From: Methanobacteriota archaeon
GTDB lineage: Archaea; Methanobacteriota; Methanobacteria; Methanobacteriales; Methanobacteriaceae
Assembly: GCA_963787255.1 (NCBI GenBank)
Contig: CAWBCJ010000029.1
Coordinates: forward strand, 256,001-320,000
Length of the DNA stretch: 64,000 bases
Direction of reading: 5' to 3'
The position numbers were made by a program, and so were the translations under genes. A model generated the notes under the pieces. The model saw only the letters and a program-made list of their open reading frames with translations. It was not told where the DNA came from and searched no databases. Below are positions 35,054 to 45,804 of the stretch, piece after piece (within the stretch, counting starts at the first letter, position 1; every line of letters begins with the position of its first letter).

Positions 35054-35205
35054 AAATATTACCTTTATTTATTTATGTTTTAAAGTCTATAAAAAAATAA
35101 TGAAATTTAGTTTATTAATTAACAAGAGGTAAATTTCAAGTGTAAATAGTTAAGTTGATTCTTTGAAATGGCAGAAAAATTTAAAAATCAGCCTTGTGTG
35201 TGATC

Positions 35206-37965
35206 ATGGATTCAAATAAGTCCTTTAAACAAGAATTAAATATTTACAAGCTGCCTCCCAATGAAGTATATTCTCTGCTTGGATCATCTAAAAAAGGTTT
35301 AAGTGAGGAAGAGGCTAAAAAAAGGCTTGAACAATATGGTCCAAATCAGATTGAAGAGATTAAACAGAAGCCATTAATATTAAAGTTTTTAGAGAATTTT
35401 TATAATATTTTGGCCTTGCTTTTATGGGGGGCAAGTGTTCTGGCATTTATTGCTGGAACACCTCAATTAGGTTTTGCAATTATTGCAGTGATTATTATTA
35501 ATGCTCTTTTTAGTTTTTGGCAGGAATATGAAGCGGAGAAAGCCACAGAAGCCCTTAAAAAAATTCTCCCTTCAAAGGTAAAGGTCATTAGAGAAGGTAT
35601 AGAAAAGGAAATACTGGCAGCAGAACTTGTTCCCGGAGATATTATTGTATTAGGCGAAGGAGACAATATATCCGCAGATTCAAGGCTGGTTGAAGCATTT
35701 CGACTTAAAGTGGATAATTCTACTCTTACTGGGGAATCAAGACCTGTTCGTAAAGATTCTGAAAGTATGGATGGTGAAGATCATGCTTTTGTGGAGATGC
35801 ATAATCTCATTTTTGCAGGTACAAGTGTCTCATCCGGTTCGGGAAAGGCAGTAGTTTTTGCAACTGCTAATAAAACAGAATTCAGCAAAATTGCAACGCT
35901 CACCCAGGCCGTAAAAGAAGTTCAAAGCCCTTTACAAAAAGAAATAGGTAAATTAGCCAGAATAATTGCTGCTGTAGCAATATTAATGGGTTTGTCGTTG
36001 TTTATCGTGAATATATTTGTAGTAGACTTTCCACTAGAACTAGCATTCCTTTTTGCAATAGGATTAACCGTTGCAAACGTGCCTGAAGGCCTCTTACCAA
36101 CAGTTACACTTTCACTTGCCGCGGCAGCTCAAAAAATGGTAGGAAAAAATGCCCTGGTAAAAAAGCTTTCCAGCGTGGAAACATTGGGCTCAACAACCAT
36201 AATTTGCACCGATAAAACAGGTACTCTAACAAAAAATGAGATGACTGTGCGTAAAATATGGATTCCTGACCAAATAATCAAAGTAACAGGGGCTGGTTAC
36301 ACTCCTGAAGGTAAATTCATCCATAAAGGTCGTGAAATATCTTATGATGAGATGGAAGAGCTTAAGCTTTTAATGAGAACCTCTGCATTTTGCAACGACG
36401 CTAAATTAATCCCTCCGAGTGATGGCAAAAAATGGAAGATAATAGGAGATCCTACAGAAGCATCACTGCTTGTTGCAGCATATAAAAGCGGTTTTAACCT
36501 GGAAGAAGAGATTAAAAGAATTCCAAGGATAACAGAACTTCCTTTTGACTCTAAACGGAAATCGATGAGTTCTATTCACCAAAAAGGGGATAAAAAGGTA
36601 GCATATATCAAAGGTGCACCTAAAAAGATTATTTCATTGAGTACTCACATTTCAGAAAACGGTAAAATTAGACCGTTATCTGATGAGGAAAAGGAAAAAA
36701 TTGTTAAAATACACGATGATATTGCAAGTCAGGGCTTAAGAATTCTTGGAATAGCTTATAGAAATTTACCTAATGATTTTGATGATTATAAGCCTGAAAC
36801 TGTGGAAAAAGATATGATATTTGTTGGTATGGTGGCTATGCAGGATCCTCCCCGTCCAGAAGTTAAGGATGCTGTTGCACAATGTCACCGTGCCGGAATA
36901 AGAATCTTAATGATTACAGGAGACTATGGGCTTACAGCTCAAGCCATAGCAGAAGAAATAGGAATTATAAGTGGGCCTTGTGAGATAGTTAAAGGTAAAA
37001 AGCTTAATGAAATGTCTGATAATGAAGTTATGCAGTTATTGAGTTCTGGATGTGATGTTATATTTGCACGTGCAGTTCCCGAACATAAAATGCGGATTGC
37101 ATCCATTCTTGAAGAAAAAGAAGAGATAGTAGCCATGACCGGTGACGGTGTTAACGATGCTCCAGCACTTAGAAAAGCTGATATTGGAATTGCAATGGGA
37201 ATAACCGGTACAGATGTTGCAAAAGAAGCTTCAGACATGGTTTTAACCGATGATAACTTTGCAACCATTGTTGAAGCCATTAAAGAAGGAAGGACAATCT
37301 ATGAAAACATAAGAAAATTCATTACCTACATTTTTGCACACGAAACCGCTGAAATTATCCCTTTTGTTCTCATGGTAATATTTAAGATCCCGTTACCAAT
37401 TACAGTTATGCAAATACTTGCAATTGACCTGGGAACAGATACACTTCCAGCACTGGCTCTTGGTGTTGGACCTACAGAATCAGATGTAATGGATAGACCA
37501 CCCCGGTCTCGAAAAGAACGTCTTTTAAACTTGGGAGTGATATTTAGGGGATATATATTTTTGGGATTAATTGAGGCGGCTCTTGTGATGTCAGGGTACT
37601 TCTGGACTTTGACAAATGGGGGATGGCAGTTAGGACAAGCACTTCCGTTTACTGACCCTCTTTACATTAAAGGTACTACCATGGTATTTGTAGGGATTGT
37701 AGCGGCGCAAATTGGGAATCTTTTGGCATGCCAGACTACCAGAACTTCTACATTCAGTATTGGGTTGTTTAAAAATAGATGGATCCCACTGGGAATTGTA
37801 TTTGAAGTAATTATAATGTTTTCAATAGTATATATACCATATTTACAGTCTATATTCAACACAACAGCACTTGAAATTAACGATTTGCTTTACGTTGCTA
37901 CATTTATTCCTATAATGTTCTTTGCAGACGAATTAAGAAAATATTTCATTAGAAGACATGATTAA
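35206..37965 (+). CDS. Cation-transporting P-type ATPase (type II, Na/K-ATPase-like motifs)
   Basis: LTGES, VANVPEGL, DKTGTLT, KGAP, TGDGVND, IDLGTD. Confidence 0.95.
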   Translation: MDSNKSFKQELNIYKLPPNEVYSLLGSSKKGLSEEEAKKRLEQYGPNQIEEIKQKPLILKFLENFYNILALLLWGASVLAFIAGTPQLGFAIIAVIIINALFSFWQEYEAEKATEALKKILPSKVKVIREGIEKEILAAELVPGDIIVLGEGDNISADSRLVEAFRLKVDNSTLTGESRPVRKDSESMDGEDHAFVEMHNLIFAGTSVSSGSGKAVVFATANKTEFSKIATLTQAVKEVQSPLQKEIGKLARIIAAVAILMGLSLFIVNIFVVDFPLELAFLFAIGLTVANVPEGLLPTVTLSLAAAAQKMVGKNALVKKLSSVETLGSTTIICTDKTGTLTKNEMTVRKIWIPDQIIKVTGAGYTPEGKFIHKGREISYDEMEELKLLMRTSAFCNDAKLIPPSDGKKWKIIGDPTEASLLVAAYKSGFNLEEEIKRIPRITELPFDSKRKSMSSIHQKGDKKVAYIKGAPKKIISLSTHISENGKIRPLSDEEKEKIVKIHDDIASQGLRILGIAYRNLPNDFDDYKPETVEKDMIFVGMVAMQDPPRPEVKDAVAQCHRAGIRILMITGDYGLTAQAIAEEIGIISGPCEIVKGKKLNEMSDNEVMQLLSSGCDVIFARAVPEHKMRIASILEEKEEIVAMTGDGVNDAPALRKADIGIAMGITGTDVAKEASDMVLTDDNFATIVEAIKEGRTIYENIRKFITYIFAHETAEIIPFVLMVIFKIPLPITVMQILAIDLGTDTLPALALGVGPTESDVMDRPPRSRKERLLNLGVIFRGYIFLGLIEAALVMSGYFWTLTNGGWQLGQALPFTDPLYIKGTTMVFVGIVAAQIGNLLACQTTRTSTFSIGLFKNRWIPLGIVFEVIIMFSIVYIPYLQSIFNTTALEINDLLYVATFIPIMFFADELRKYFIRRHD

Positions 37966-38126
37966 ATTAATATAATATACATTAATTAGACTTATTTAGC
38001 TTTTAGAGACTATATTATTCTTTTATTATTTAACTATTAAATGAATAATTTATTCTGCATGATCCAATCGATAAATATTTTTATGATTAATAATGATAGT
38101 AAATTTATGGTATAAGGAGGCGTTTT

Positions 38127-38474
38127 ATGAGGCTTAAAACAGGGATTTTAGCAATATTTTTATTTATTGGACTCCTTGGAGTTCCTAATTGTATTTTTGC
38201 ACAACAATATGAAGATTCAGCATCTGATGCTGTTATACAGAGTAATTTACAATCTACAATGCTTTTAAACAGTTTAAGTCCATTGGTTAAAGGAAGCAGC
38301 GGAGGCGGTAAAAGTTCTAGCAGTAGCGCCAGTAAATCTGCGAAAAAAGTTGACGGAGACGATGATACTGCCGATGATTCGGGAGGATGGAGTTGGATGA
38401 CCATTATAATCATATTAATCGTGTTGTTTGGAATTATAGGTGTTTTAGTGTGGTATTTCGTGCTGAGAAAATAA
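38127..38474 (+). CDS. Small secreted protein with S/G-rich linker and C-terminal TM anchor
   Basis: Signal-like N-terminus, GSSGGGKSSSSS, acidic stretch, TM ending in RK; GGAGG SD. Confidence 0.72.
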   Translation: MRLKTGILAIFLFIGLLGVPNCIFAQQYEDSASDAVIQSNLQSTMLLNSLSPLVKGSSGGGKSSSSSASKSAKKVDGDDDTADDSGGWSWMTIIIILIVLFGIIGVLVWYFVLRK

Positions 38475-38512
38475 CTTCACTTCCTTTTTAAAATAAAATA
38501 AAGGTAATATTT

Positions 38513-39535
38513 ATGAATATAATATTTAGAGTTTTAAGGAAATCAGTGCCTCTAATAGTTAAAGAGCGGATGACACGTGTTTTTATCTGGATTTTAGGGG
38601 TTATTGCCTATGCAACCATTGGATTCCACTTTATAGAAGGGCAGCCCTGGACAGTATCTTTATACTGGACATTCGTAACTATTGGAACGGTGGGTTATGG
38701 TGATTACAGCCCTAAGACTACTCTTGGAATGTTTTTCACCATTTCAGTAATTGTATTAGGTATAGGAAGCTTTGCAATTGCAATTGAAGCCATAGTGGAC
38801 TTTTTATTGCAAAGGCAGCAGATGAGGTTAATGGGGTTGATTAATGTGGAAAAATCAAGACATGTAGTGATATGTGGCTGGACAGAAAGTACAATGGAGT
38901 GTATTAAAGAAATTGGGAAAGAAAATGAAATTTTTGTGATTGACGAAGACGAAGCAGTACGCCAGAAAGCTTTAAAAAATAAGATCAATTTCGTCCATGG
39001 AGATCCAACAAGAATTAAAGACCTTGAAAAAGCCAATGTTAAAGGTGCTAAAGCCATAATCGTGGACATGGAATCAGATTCCGAAACAATTCACTGTATA
39101 TTGGGTATTCGTAAAATAGATCAGGATGTTAGAATAATTGCTGAAGTTCAACGCTATGAAAACATAGAACAGCTTACTCTTGCTGGGGCAACACAGGTCA
39201 TATCCCCATTTGTAATCTCTGGAAGGCTCATGTACAAGAGCATTGACGACGGATACGAAGCTATGTTTGTACAGGAAGTTTTAGCAGAACACAAAAGCAA
39301 AGAAATGAAAGAAGTAATCGTAACCGAAGATAGTTACTTTGCAGGTAAAACAATAACGAAAGCAGATATACACGAAAAAACAGGTGTTATACTGGTGGGG
39401 ATTGGAGAAGTGGGAAATTTAACCATAGATCCATCAAGAGATTATGTTATTAAACCTGGAGATGTGCTTCTGGGAATTGGAAAGCCTGAAGAGTTTGAAA
39501 GATTAGAAAATGAGTGTATAGTTAAAAAAGTCTAA
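38513..39535 (+). CDS. mthK: Ca2+-gated potassium channel, MthK orthologue
   Basis: [19 protein letters not shown] filter; RCK domain [25 protein letters not shown]; Met107 conserved. Confidence 0.93.
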   Translation: MNIIFRVLRKSVPLIVKERMTRVFIWILGVIAYATIGFHFIEGQPWTVSLYWTFVTIGTVGYGDYSPKTTLGMFFTISVIVLGIGSFAIAIEAIVDFLLQRQQMRLMGLINVEKSRHVVICGWTESTMECIKEIGKENEIFVIDEDEAVRQKALKNKINFVHGDPTRIKDLEKANVKGAKAIIVDMESDSETIHCILGIRKIDQDVRIIAEVQRYENIEQLTLAGATQVISPFVISGRLMYKSIDDGYEAMFVQEVLAEHKSKEMKEVIVTEDSYFAGKTITKADIHEKTGVILVGIGEVGNLTIDPSRDYVIKPGDVLLGIGKPEEFERLENECIVKKV

Positions 39536-39544
39536 ATTATAAAT

Positions 39545-40246
39545 TTAAAGGCTTATTTCAACTCTTTTGAAAGGTTTTATTTCCAAAACCCCTTTTTTAT
39601 AATTACTTTTAAATGAATAGGCAATTATACTAACCCCTTCGATGTTTGCTTCTTTTAATGCATTTGAAAAATCAGGATCCATCTTAAAATTTGGAGAGAA
39701 GCATTTTGCATCTTCACACAATATCAAAAACAATATAGACGCTTCTAATCCCACATTTTTAGCGTTTATAAGCTCTTTAACATGTTTTTTGCCCCTTAAA
39801 GTTGGCGCATCTGGAAATTTGGCAAATCCATCTTCCACCAATGTGCATCCTTTAACTTCAACCAGCATCTTTTCACCTGCTTTGGAAAGCAGGAAATCAA
39901 TACGGCTTTTACCGTAAGTAAATTCCCTTCTTTCAACGGAATATCCTTCAAATTCATCTACAAGTTGCGAATCGATCAAATCATGGGCTATGTCACTGTG
40001 AAAACCAGAATTTATCAGTACCCATAAATCATCCTTTAAAACACCTATCACATCAAAACGAGTCTTTCTATTTGCTGTATTTAAAGCATGTCTTAAAAGT
40101 AAATCAACATTAGGCGTTAAAAGTTCAAGAAGCCTTCCAGGATCCCTTAAATGTGCATTTTCAATTTTATCATCGCTTTTAAATGTTACCATGAATCTGT
40201 TTGGCCTTTCCACGAAATTTCCACGTATAATGTTTTTAATTATCAT
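39545..40246 (-). CDS. sfsA: Sugar fermentation stimulation protein (PD-(D/E)xK nuclease)
   Basis: RPNRF, HLRDPGRL, SRIDFLL, VEVKGCTL, FPDAPTLRGKKH. Confidence 0.95.
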   Translation of the reverse strand: MIIKNIIRGNFVERPNRFMVTFKSDDKIENAHLRDPGRLLELLTPNVDLLLRHALNTANRKTRFDVIGVLKDDLWVLINSGFHSDIAHDLIDSQLVDEFEGYSVERREFTYGKSRIDFLLSKAGEKMLVEVKGCTLVEDGFAKFPDAPTLRGKKHVKELINAKNVGLEASILFLILCEDAKCFSPNFKMDPDFSNALKEANIEGVSIIAYSFKSNYKKGVLEIKPFKRVEISL

Positions 40247-40258
40247 TTTTAACTCTTT

Positions 40259-40987
40259 TTAATTTAATTTAAGTTTATCAACGGCTTGAACAAAATCAAT
40301 TGCATGATTGACAGTTACATAATATGGTTCGTATCTATAACTCTCATAAATTACCGCCGGAGTTCCAGAGTTTATTAATGGAATTGTAACATATGAAGGA
40401 CTACTTGGGCCCGGTTCTTTAGGTGGCACATAATAAACAATCCATGGGATTTCATTTATTAAATTATTAGCAATGAACATTGATTTAGTCTCATTTTTAG
40501 GAACATAAACAAAATTTTCTTTTTGGAAATTTCCGCCCCTGTTGGAATGTACGTCCACTGCTAGATTAAAATGATTCTTTCTTATATCTGGAACAACAAA
40601 TTGGCTAGCTAATAACTGTCCATTCATTCTTCCATCATTATAAGAAGTTCTATCTTTAGTAACATCTATACTGTAAACATAATAAGATGAATTAAGTGAT
40701 TTGTTTAAGCTTAAAAGGGATGTTACAATGGCTCTGTGCGAATAACTTTCTAAGGGATGTACTCCTACTATAAAAGCAATTTTTTGAGTTCCATTAGAGT
40801 TTCCATAAGGTCCACTTTTAATAACTTTTCCATAATTTGTACTGCCCAATACCTGCGAATAATTTGTTTTAAGTGAATTAAGACTCGAATTATCCATGTG
40901 ATGATAATTTGAACCATAAAATATAGAGTAACCCGGCAATACAGATACTATAATGAGTATAACAACTCCAAAACATGTTTTATTCAT
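40259..40987 (-). CDS. Secreted putative Zn-carboxypeptidase (M14-like)
   Basis: N-terminal hydrophobic helix; GVHPLE (HxxE), DVHSN, IYESY. Confidence 0.6.
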   Translation of the reverse strand: MNKTCFGVVILIIVSVLPGYSIFYGSNYHHMDNSSLNSLKTNYSQVLGSTNYGKVIKSGPYGNSNGTQKIAFIVGVHPLESYSHRAIVTSLLSLNKSLNSSYYVYSIDVTKDRTSYNDGRMNGQLLASQFVVPDIRKNHFNLAVDVHSNRGGNFQKENFVYVPKNETKSMFIANNLINEIPWIVYYVPPKEPGPSSPSYVTIPLINSGTPAVIYESYRYEPYYVTVNHAIDFVQAVDKLKLN

Positions 40988-41199
40988 CTCTAAACATTCC
41001 TTTAACTAAGAGTTAATGTTTTTAACTTAACTATTCAATCTTTAAAATAATTAATTCTTAAATCATATAGAACATTTAAATATAAATAAAAAACTGATCA
41101 ACAGATAATATATAAATGATTATTCAAAATCAGTTCATATTAAATTTTTTTATAAAATAAACGTGATTTATCAGTGAATTACTATTTAGAGGTGAAAAA

Positions 41200-42276
41200 T
41201 TGCATCCAAGACCAAGTCCTATTGCTGCGTCATTATATACACTAAGAGACATGAATGCTGATGTTGTTATACTACATGGCCCACATGGCTGCTGTTTTAG
41301 AACAGGAAGGCTCCTTGAAAACGACGGTGTAAGAGTTGTGACCACGGCCATGACCGAAAACGATTTTATTTTTGGAGCGTCGGCTAAATTGGAAGAAACA
41401 TTACATGAAGTTGATTCTATGTTCTCACCCAAACTAGTGGGAATTGTAGGAACCTGCGCCAGCATGATAATAGGAGAAGACCTTAAAGAAGCTATTCAAA
41501 ACGCAGGTATTGACGCTAAAGTGCTTGCAGTTGAATCTCACGGTGGTTTAAGTGAAGGAGACAATACAGAAGGTGCAATAGCTGTTCTAGAGGCTGCAAG
41601 TAAGGAAGGGATAATTTCTGAAGAAGAAAGCAAAAGACAGTCAAAAATGCTCAGATTAGCTACAAAGATCGAAAAAACAAGAGGAATGGCCAAGGGTGGT
41701 TATATAGCTCCCTCCTATGGGGATGATAAACAGGAAATTGCAAAAATACTCATTGAAAAATTAAATAACGGTGAAAAAGTTGTAATAGTGCTAAACGCGA
41801 AAAAAGAAACGTCATACCTGTTTTCAGATATCTTAAAAATCCCATTTAATGAAATAAACCCTGATAACATGCCTTTTATAATTGCAAATCTTGATGAAAA
41901 TGTTGGACTTCCAAGAATAAGACAACATGCCATAAATATCAAGGAAGAACTAAAAAATGACGGTGTGAAAGTTGACATTATCACAGGTGGGCTTGATGAA
42001 TATCCCGTGACTGGAAAGGAAGCTGTTAAGGCTATAAAAGATATTGATGCAGATTTCATAATTGCTGCAGGAGTACCTCATGCACTACCCATAGAAATGT
42101 TGGATATAGAAACTTTAGCAATAACAGATGGTCCTCGATTAGTAGAACCCCTAAAAGAGTTAAATTATAATTACGTTGTTACAGAACTTGACGCTCATTC
42201 CAAAACTTTAGGCGTGCGTAAAATAGTAGCTTCAGATTTTGGTGATGTTATAAGAAAAAAATTGCAGGAAGTATAG
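41200..42276 (+). CDS. cfbD: Ni-sirohydrochlorin a,c-diamide reductive cyclase (F430 biosynthesis, NflD)
   Basis: [41 protein letters not shown]. Confidence 0.95.
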   Translation: MHPRPSPIAASLYTLRDMNADVVILHGPHGCCFRTGRLLENDGVRVVTTAMTENDFIFGASAKLEETLHEVDSMFSPKLVGIVGTCASMIIGEDLKEAIQNAGIDAKVLAVESHGGLSEGDNTEGAIAVLEAASKEGIISEEESKRQSKMLRLATKIEKTRGMAKGGYIAPSYGDDKQEIAKILIEKLNNGEKVVIVLNAKKETSYLFSDILKIPFNEINPDNMPFIIANLDENVGLPRIRQHAINIKEELKNDGVKVDIITGGLDEYPVTGKEAVKAIKDIDADFIIAAGVPHALPIEMLDIETLAITDGPRLVEPLKELNYNYVVTELDAHSKTLGVRKIVASDFGDVIRKKLQEV

Positions 42277-42408
42277 ATTTCACCAAAGAGATGCAAATAA
42301 TTAAAATAAATAAAATTTAAAATCTTATTAAATCATTCAAATAGAATTACAATATTATTATAGATTAATATCCTATAAAAAATAAATGACATATTAACTG
42401 GTGATAAA

Positions 42409-43467
42409 ATGAGCAGTACAGCAGGTATGATACTTTGTGGTGGCTTTGGAAAAAGATTAAGACCCCTTACAGAGCGAGTTCCCAAGCCTTTAATAGAAAT
42501 TAAAGATAATTATTCCATTTTAGAAGGTCAAGAAAATTATACAATCCTTGATAAGCAAATTTTTGATTTTAAAAACGCTGGCGTAGAACGTGTGCTTCTT
42601 TTAACAGGATTTTTAAGCGAAAAAATTCAGGAAAGATATGGAAACAGCTACAATGGGATGGAAATTGAATATGTTATAGAAGAAGAGCCTCTTGGAACAC
42701 TTAATGCCATAAGATTAGGTATGGATCATATAAAAGCTGGTGAACAATGCGTAATAAGAAATGGAGATGTTGTTGCTGATTTAAACATTAAAAAAATGAT
42801 CCATCAGGGAGAAAAATCTGATTATCCTCTTTCTATGTTTATAACTAAAATGCTTTCACCATACGGTATAGTTGAAATAAGCGGGGATAAACTTGTTTCT
42901 TTTAAGGAAAAACCACTTCTTGATTATTATATAAATGGGGGAGTTTATTTTTCCAATGGGGAAATTAATTTCGGTGATTTTGAAGTTGGAGACATAGAAA
43001 AGACTGTGTTTCCAATGATGGCCAAGGAAAATCAGCTAGGTTATTACAAAGAAGATGGTCTCTTCTGGATGGCAATAGACACCTCAAAAGAGCTTGAAGA
43101 AATTAAAAAAGAATATAAAAACAGGGAAGATAAGCCTTGGGGCTATGAAAAAGTGTTGATTTACACAGAAAAGTACCTCACAAAAGAATTGTTTATAAGA
43201 GAAGGTTATCAGACTTCCTTCCATTATCACACTGAGAAAGATGAAACCATGTACATAATTAGCGGTGCGGGTTATATTGAGTTTGAAGATCGTAAAGAAT
43301 ACTTCGGAAAGAACGATACAGTTAGAATAGAGCCACGAGAATCTCATTCTATTGTTGCAATGGAAAATACAATCTTACATGAAGTATCAACTCCTCATCT
43401 TGACGATACCATCCGTGTAAATGATTATTACACACGAGCTGCGCGGGATAAATCTATATCACCTTAA
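42409..43467 (+). CDS. Sugar-phosphate nucleotidyltransferase with C-terminal cupin
   Basis: [30 protein letters not shown]; KPWGYE and FHYH cupin. Confidence 0.9.
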   Translation: MSSTAGMILCGGFGKRLRPLTERVPKPLIEIKDNYSILEGQENYTILDKQIFDFKNAGVERVLLLTGFLSEKIQERYGNSYNGMEIEYVIEEEPLGTLNAIRLGMDHIKAGEQCVIRNGDVVADLNIKKMIHQGEKSDYPLSMFITKMLSPYGIVEISGDKLVSFKEKPLLDYYINGGVYFSNGEINFGDFEVGDIEKTVFPMMAKENQLGYYKEDGLFWMAIDTSKELEEIKKEYKNREDKPWGYEKVLIYTEKYLTKELFIREGYQTSFHYHTEKDETMYIISGAGYIEFEDRKEYFGKNDTVRIEPRESHSIVAMENTILHEVSTPHLDDTIRVNDYYTRAARDKSISP

Positions 43468-43512
43468 ATTTCTTTAAATCAATAAATATTTTATTTTTTT
43501 AAAGGGGCAAGA

Positions 43513-44106
43513 ATGATAGTTATAATCAATTATGGTACGGGAAACCTTAAAAGCATTAGAAATGGTTTTTCAAAGATAGGGGAAGAAGCTGTTATCTCAG
43601 ATGACATTTATGAAATGGAAAAAGCAGATGCACTTATTTTACCCGGGGTGGGAGCATTTGGAAACGCTATGGAGCAGCTTGAAAACTACAAAGATTTAAT
43701 TCACGACCATATCAATGTAGGAAAACCATTTTTTGGTGTCTGTTTAGGGCAACAAATCCTTTTTACCAAAAGTGAGGAAAGTGAAGGAGTTAAAGGGCTA
43801 GATGTACTTAAAGGTGAAGTATTACGTCTTCCTGTAGACTTAAAAATACCTCACATGGGTTGGAATAACCTAGAAATTAAAAATAAGTGCAGTTTACTTG
43901 ATGGAATAGGCAATGATTACATGTATTTTGTTCATTCTTATTATGTAAAGCCTGAAGATGAAAATATAATTGCAGCAACTACCAGTTATGGAATTGACAT
44001 TCCTGCAGCCATATGCAAGGATAATGTCTTTGCTACCCAATTCCACCCTGAAAAAAGCGGAGAAATAGGACTAAATATTCTAAAAAACTTTGTAAAAATT
44101 ATTTAA
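43513..44106 (+). CDS. hisH: Imidazole glycerol phosphate synthase glutaminase subunit
   Basis: LPGVGAF, GVCLG, PHMGWN, YFVHSY, QFHPEKS. Confidence 0.97.
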   Translation: MIVIINYGTGNLKSIRNGFSKIGEEAVISDDIYEMEKADALILPGVGAFGNAMEQLENYKDLIHDHINVGKPFFGVCLGQQILFTKSEESEGVKGLDVLKGEVLRLPVDLKIPHMGWNNLEIKNKCSLLDGIGNDYMYFVHSYYVKPEDENIIAATTSYGIDIPAAICKDNVFATQFHPEKSGEIGLNILKNFVKII

Positions 44107-44151
44107 GAGCAAATTATACCCTATTTTATAAAATACTAAAAGGTGTATCAA

Positions 44152-45513
44152 GTGGACATAGAAGGCTACGTAAGACATGCAATAAAAACTGATGATGAAG
44201 AAGATATTAGGAAAAGTTTAAAGGATAAAATTCTTGAATATAAGAATATAAATCCAGAACAGGCTTCTAAAATGGCAACTGCCGTGATTGAAGAGGTAAA
44301 ACATACACTTGAAATTGAATCATGTCCAGATGATTTTTTAAGAGAAATAATAGAGTATCCCCGGGCAGACGTAGCGATGGGAGAAATTGGAGTTGGCTCC
44401 CGAGGCGAAGGAGACTTCTTTGTTCACAGAAAAATAGCGGATATAGTTTCAAGTACTCATACTAATGCATTTATAACCCCTGAAGCTCAAGACGACGGTG
44501 GTGTGGTTAAAAAGAACGTTAATTCCAAGGATATATACGTAACCACAGCAATAGACGGAATACATTCCCGTTTAAGTGAATATCCGTTTTTAGGTGGATT
44601 TCACGTTGCACGGGCGTCCCTTCGAGATGTATGCGTTATGGGAGCAGATCCTGTTGCCGTTATAAGTGATTTACACCTTGCAGATGATGGAGACGTTGGA
44701 AAACTGTTTGATTTTACTGCAGGAGTTTGTGCAGTTTCAGAACTTGTAAATGTTCCCCTTGTTGCAGGCAGTACACTCCGAGTGGGTGGCGACATGGTAT
44801 TAGGCGATAGACTGGTAAGTGCAGTAGGCGCGATCGGTATATCCCAATATCCACCAACTGCAAGAAAAAGAGCTGAAGTAGGTGACGTTATTTTACTTAC
44901 AGAAGGCTCTGGAGGAGGAACAATAACCACAACAGCCATATATCATGGCATGTTTGACGTTGTTCGTGAAACAATGGACATAAGTTTCATAAAAGCATCC
45001 GAAGCAATATTTAACGCAGGATTACTTCCAAAAGTCCATGCTATGACTGATGTCACTAACGGGGGGCTTCGTGGAGATGCACATGAGATTTCAAAGACCA
45101 CAGGACTTGGTTTAACATTCCAAAACAATAGTATAAGGGAAATGATAAATCCAAAAGTCCTTCAAATGCTCGAAGAGTTAGATATTGACCCTCTTGGAGT
45201 TTCAATAGATTCATTGATGATAATAGCCCCTGAAGACATTGCAGAAGAACTTAAAAAAGCAGTTAATGATGCAAATGTTGCAATAACAGAAATTGGTTAT
45301 ATTGATGACAGTGGAAAGTCCAAACTTGTAAAGGATGATGCTGAAGTAGAATTAAAACCTTTATTTAGAGAAGCGGCTTATACAAAGATTAAAAAAATTG
45401 TCGGAGATACAACTCCCCATGACTTCGATTTAATGCGTCAAAAGGTTGAAAAAGCAGCCCTAAATGCAATAAAGAAAAAAGATGACGTAGTAAAGTCAAT
45501 ACGAGAAAAATAA
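44152..45513 (+). CDS. AIR synthase-related (PurM/HypE/ThiL superfamily) protein
   Basis: GVGSRGEGDF, DDGG, DGIHSRLS, LRDVCVMG, TDVTNGG. Confidence 0.85.
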   Translation: MDIEGYVRHAIKTDDEEDIRKSLKDKILEYKNINPEQASKMATAVIEEVKHTLEIESCPDDFLREIIEYPRADVAMGEIGVGSRGEGDFFVHRKIADIVSSTHTNAFITPEAQDDGGVVKKNVNSKDIYVTTAIDGIHSRLSEYPFLGGFHVARASLRDVCVMGADPVAVISDLHLADDGDVGKLFDFTAGVCAVSELVNVPLVAGSTLRVGGDMVLGDRLVSAVGAIGISQYPPTARKRAEVGDVILLTEGSGGGTITTTAIYHGMFDVVRETMDISFIKASEAIFNAGLLPKVHAMTDVTNGGLRGDAHEISKTTGLGLTFQNNSIREMINPKVLQMLEELDIDPLGVSIDSLMIIAPEDIAEELKKAVNDANVAITEIGYIDDSGKSKLVKDDAEVELKPLFREAAYTKIKKIVGDTTPHDFDLMRQKVEKAALNAIKKKDDVVKSIREK

Positions 45514-45804
45514 ATCTTTTTATTCTTATTTTTTGGAAATGCACCAGAAATAAATGTCTGGTAAAAATTCTTTTTTTTAGTTAATTATAAATATGCTGAT
45601 TTTATAGAAATTAATGAAATAATAATATTATGATAATTAGTATTCAACAATATCCCGCTTAATGCCCATTACGTTCTCATTTAATACCAATAAACATTTT
45701 ATGCATTAGTACCCATCCATATCCTTTTCATACACTAATAAAATTTAGATATGCCGCTTAAACAAATGATTTATGCATACTAATTGATTATTATGGAGGA
45801 TAAA

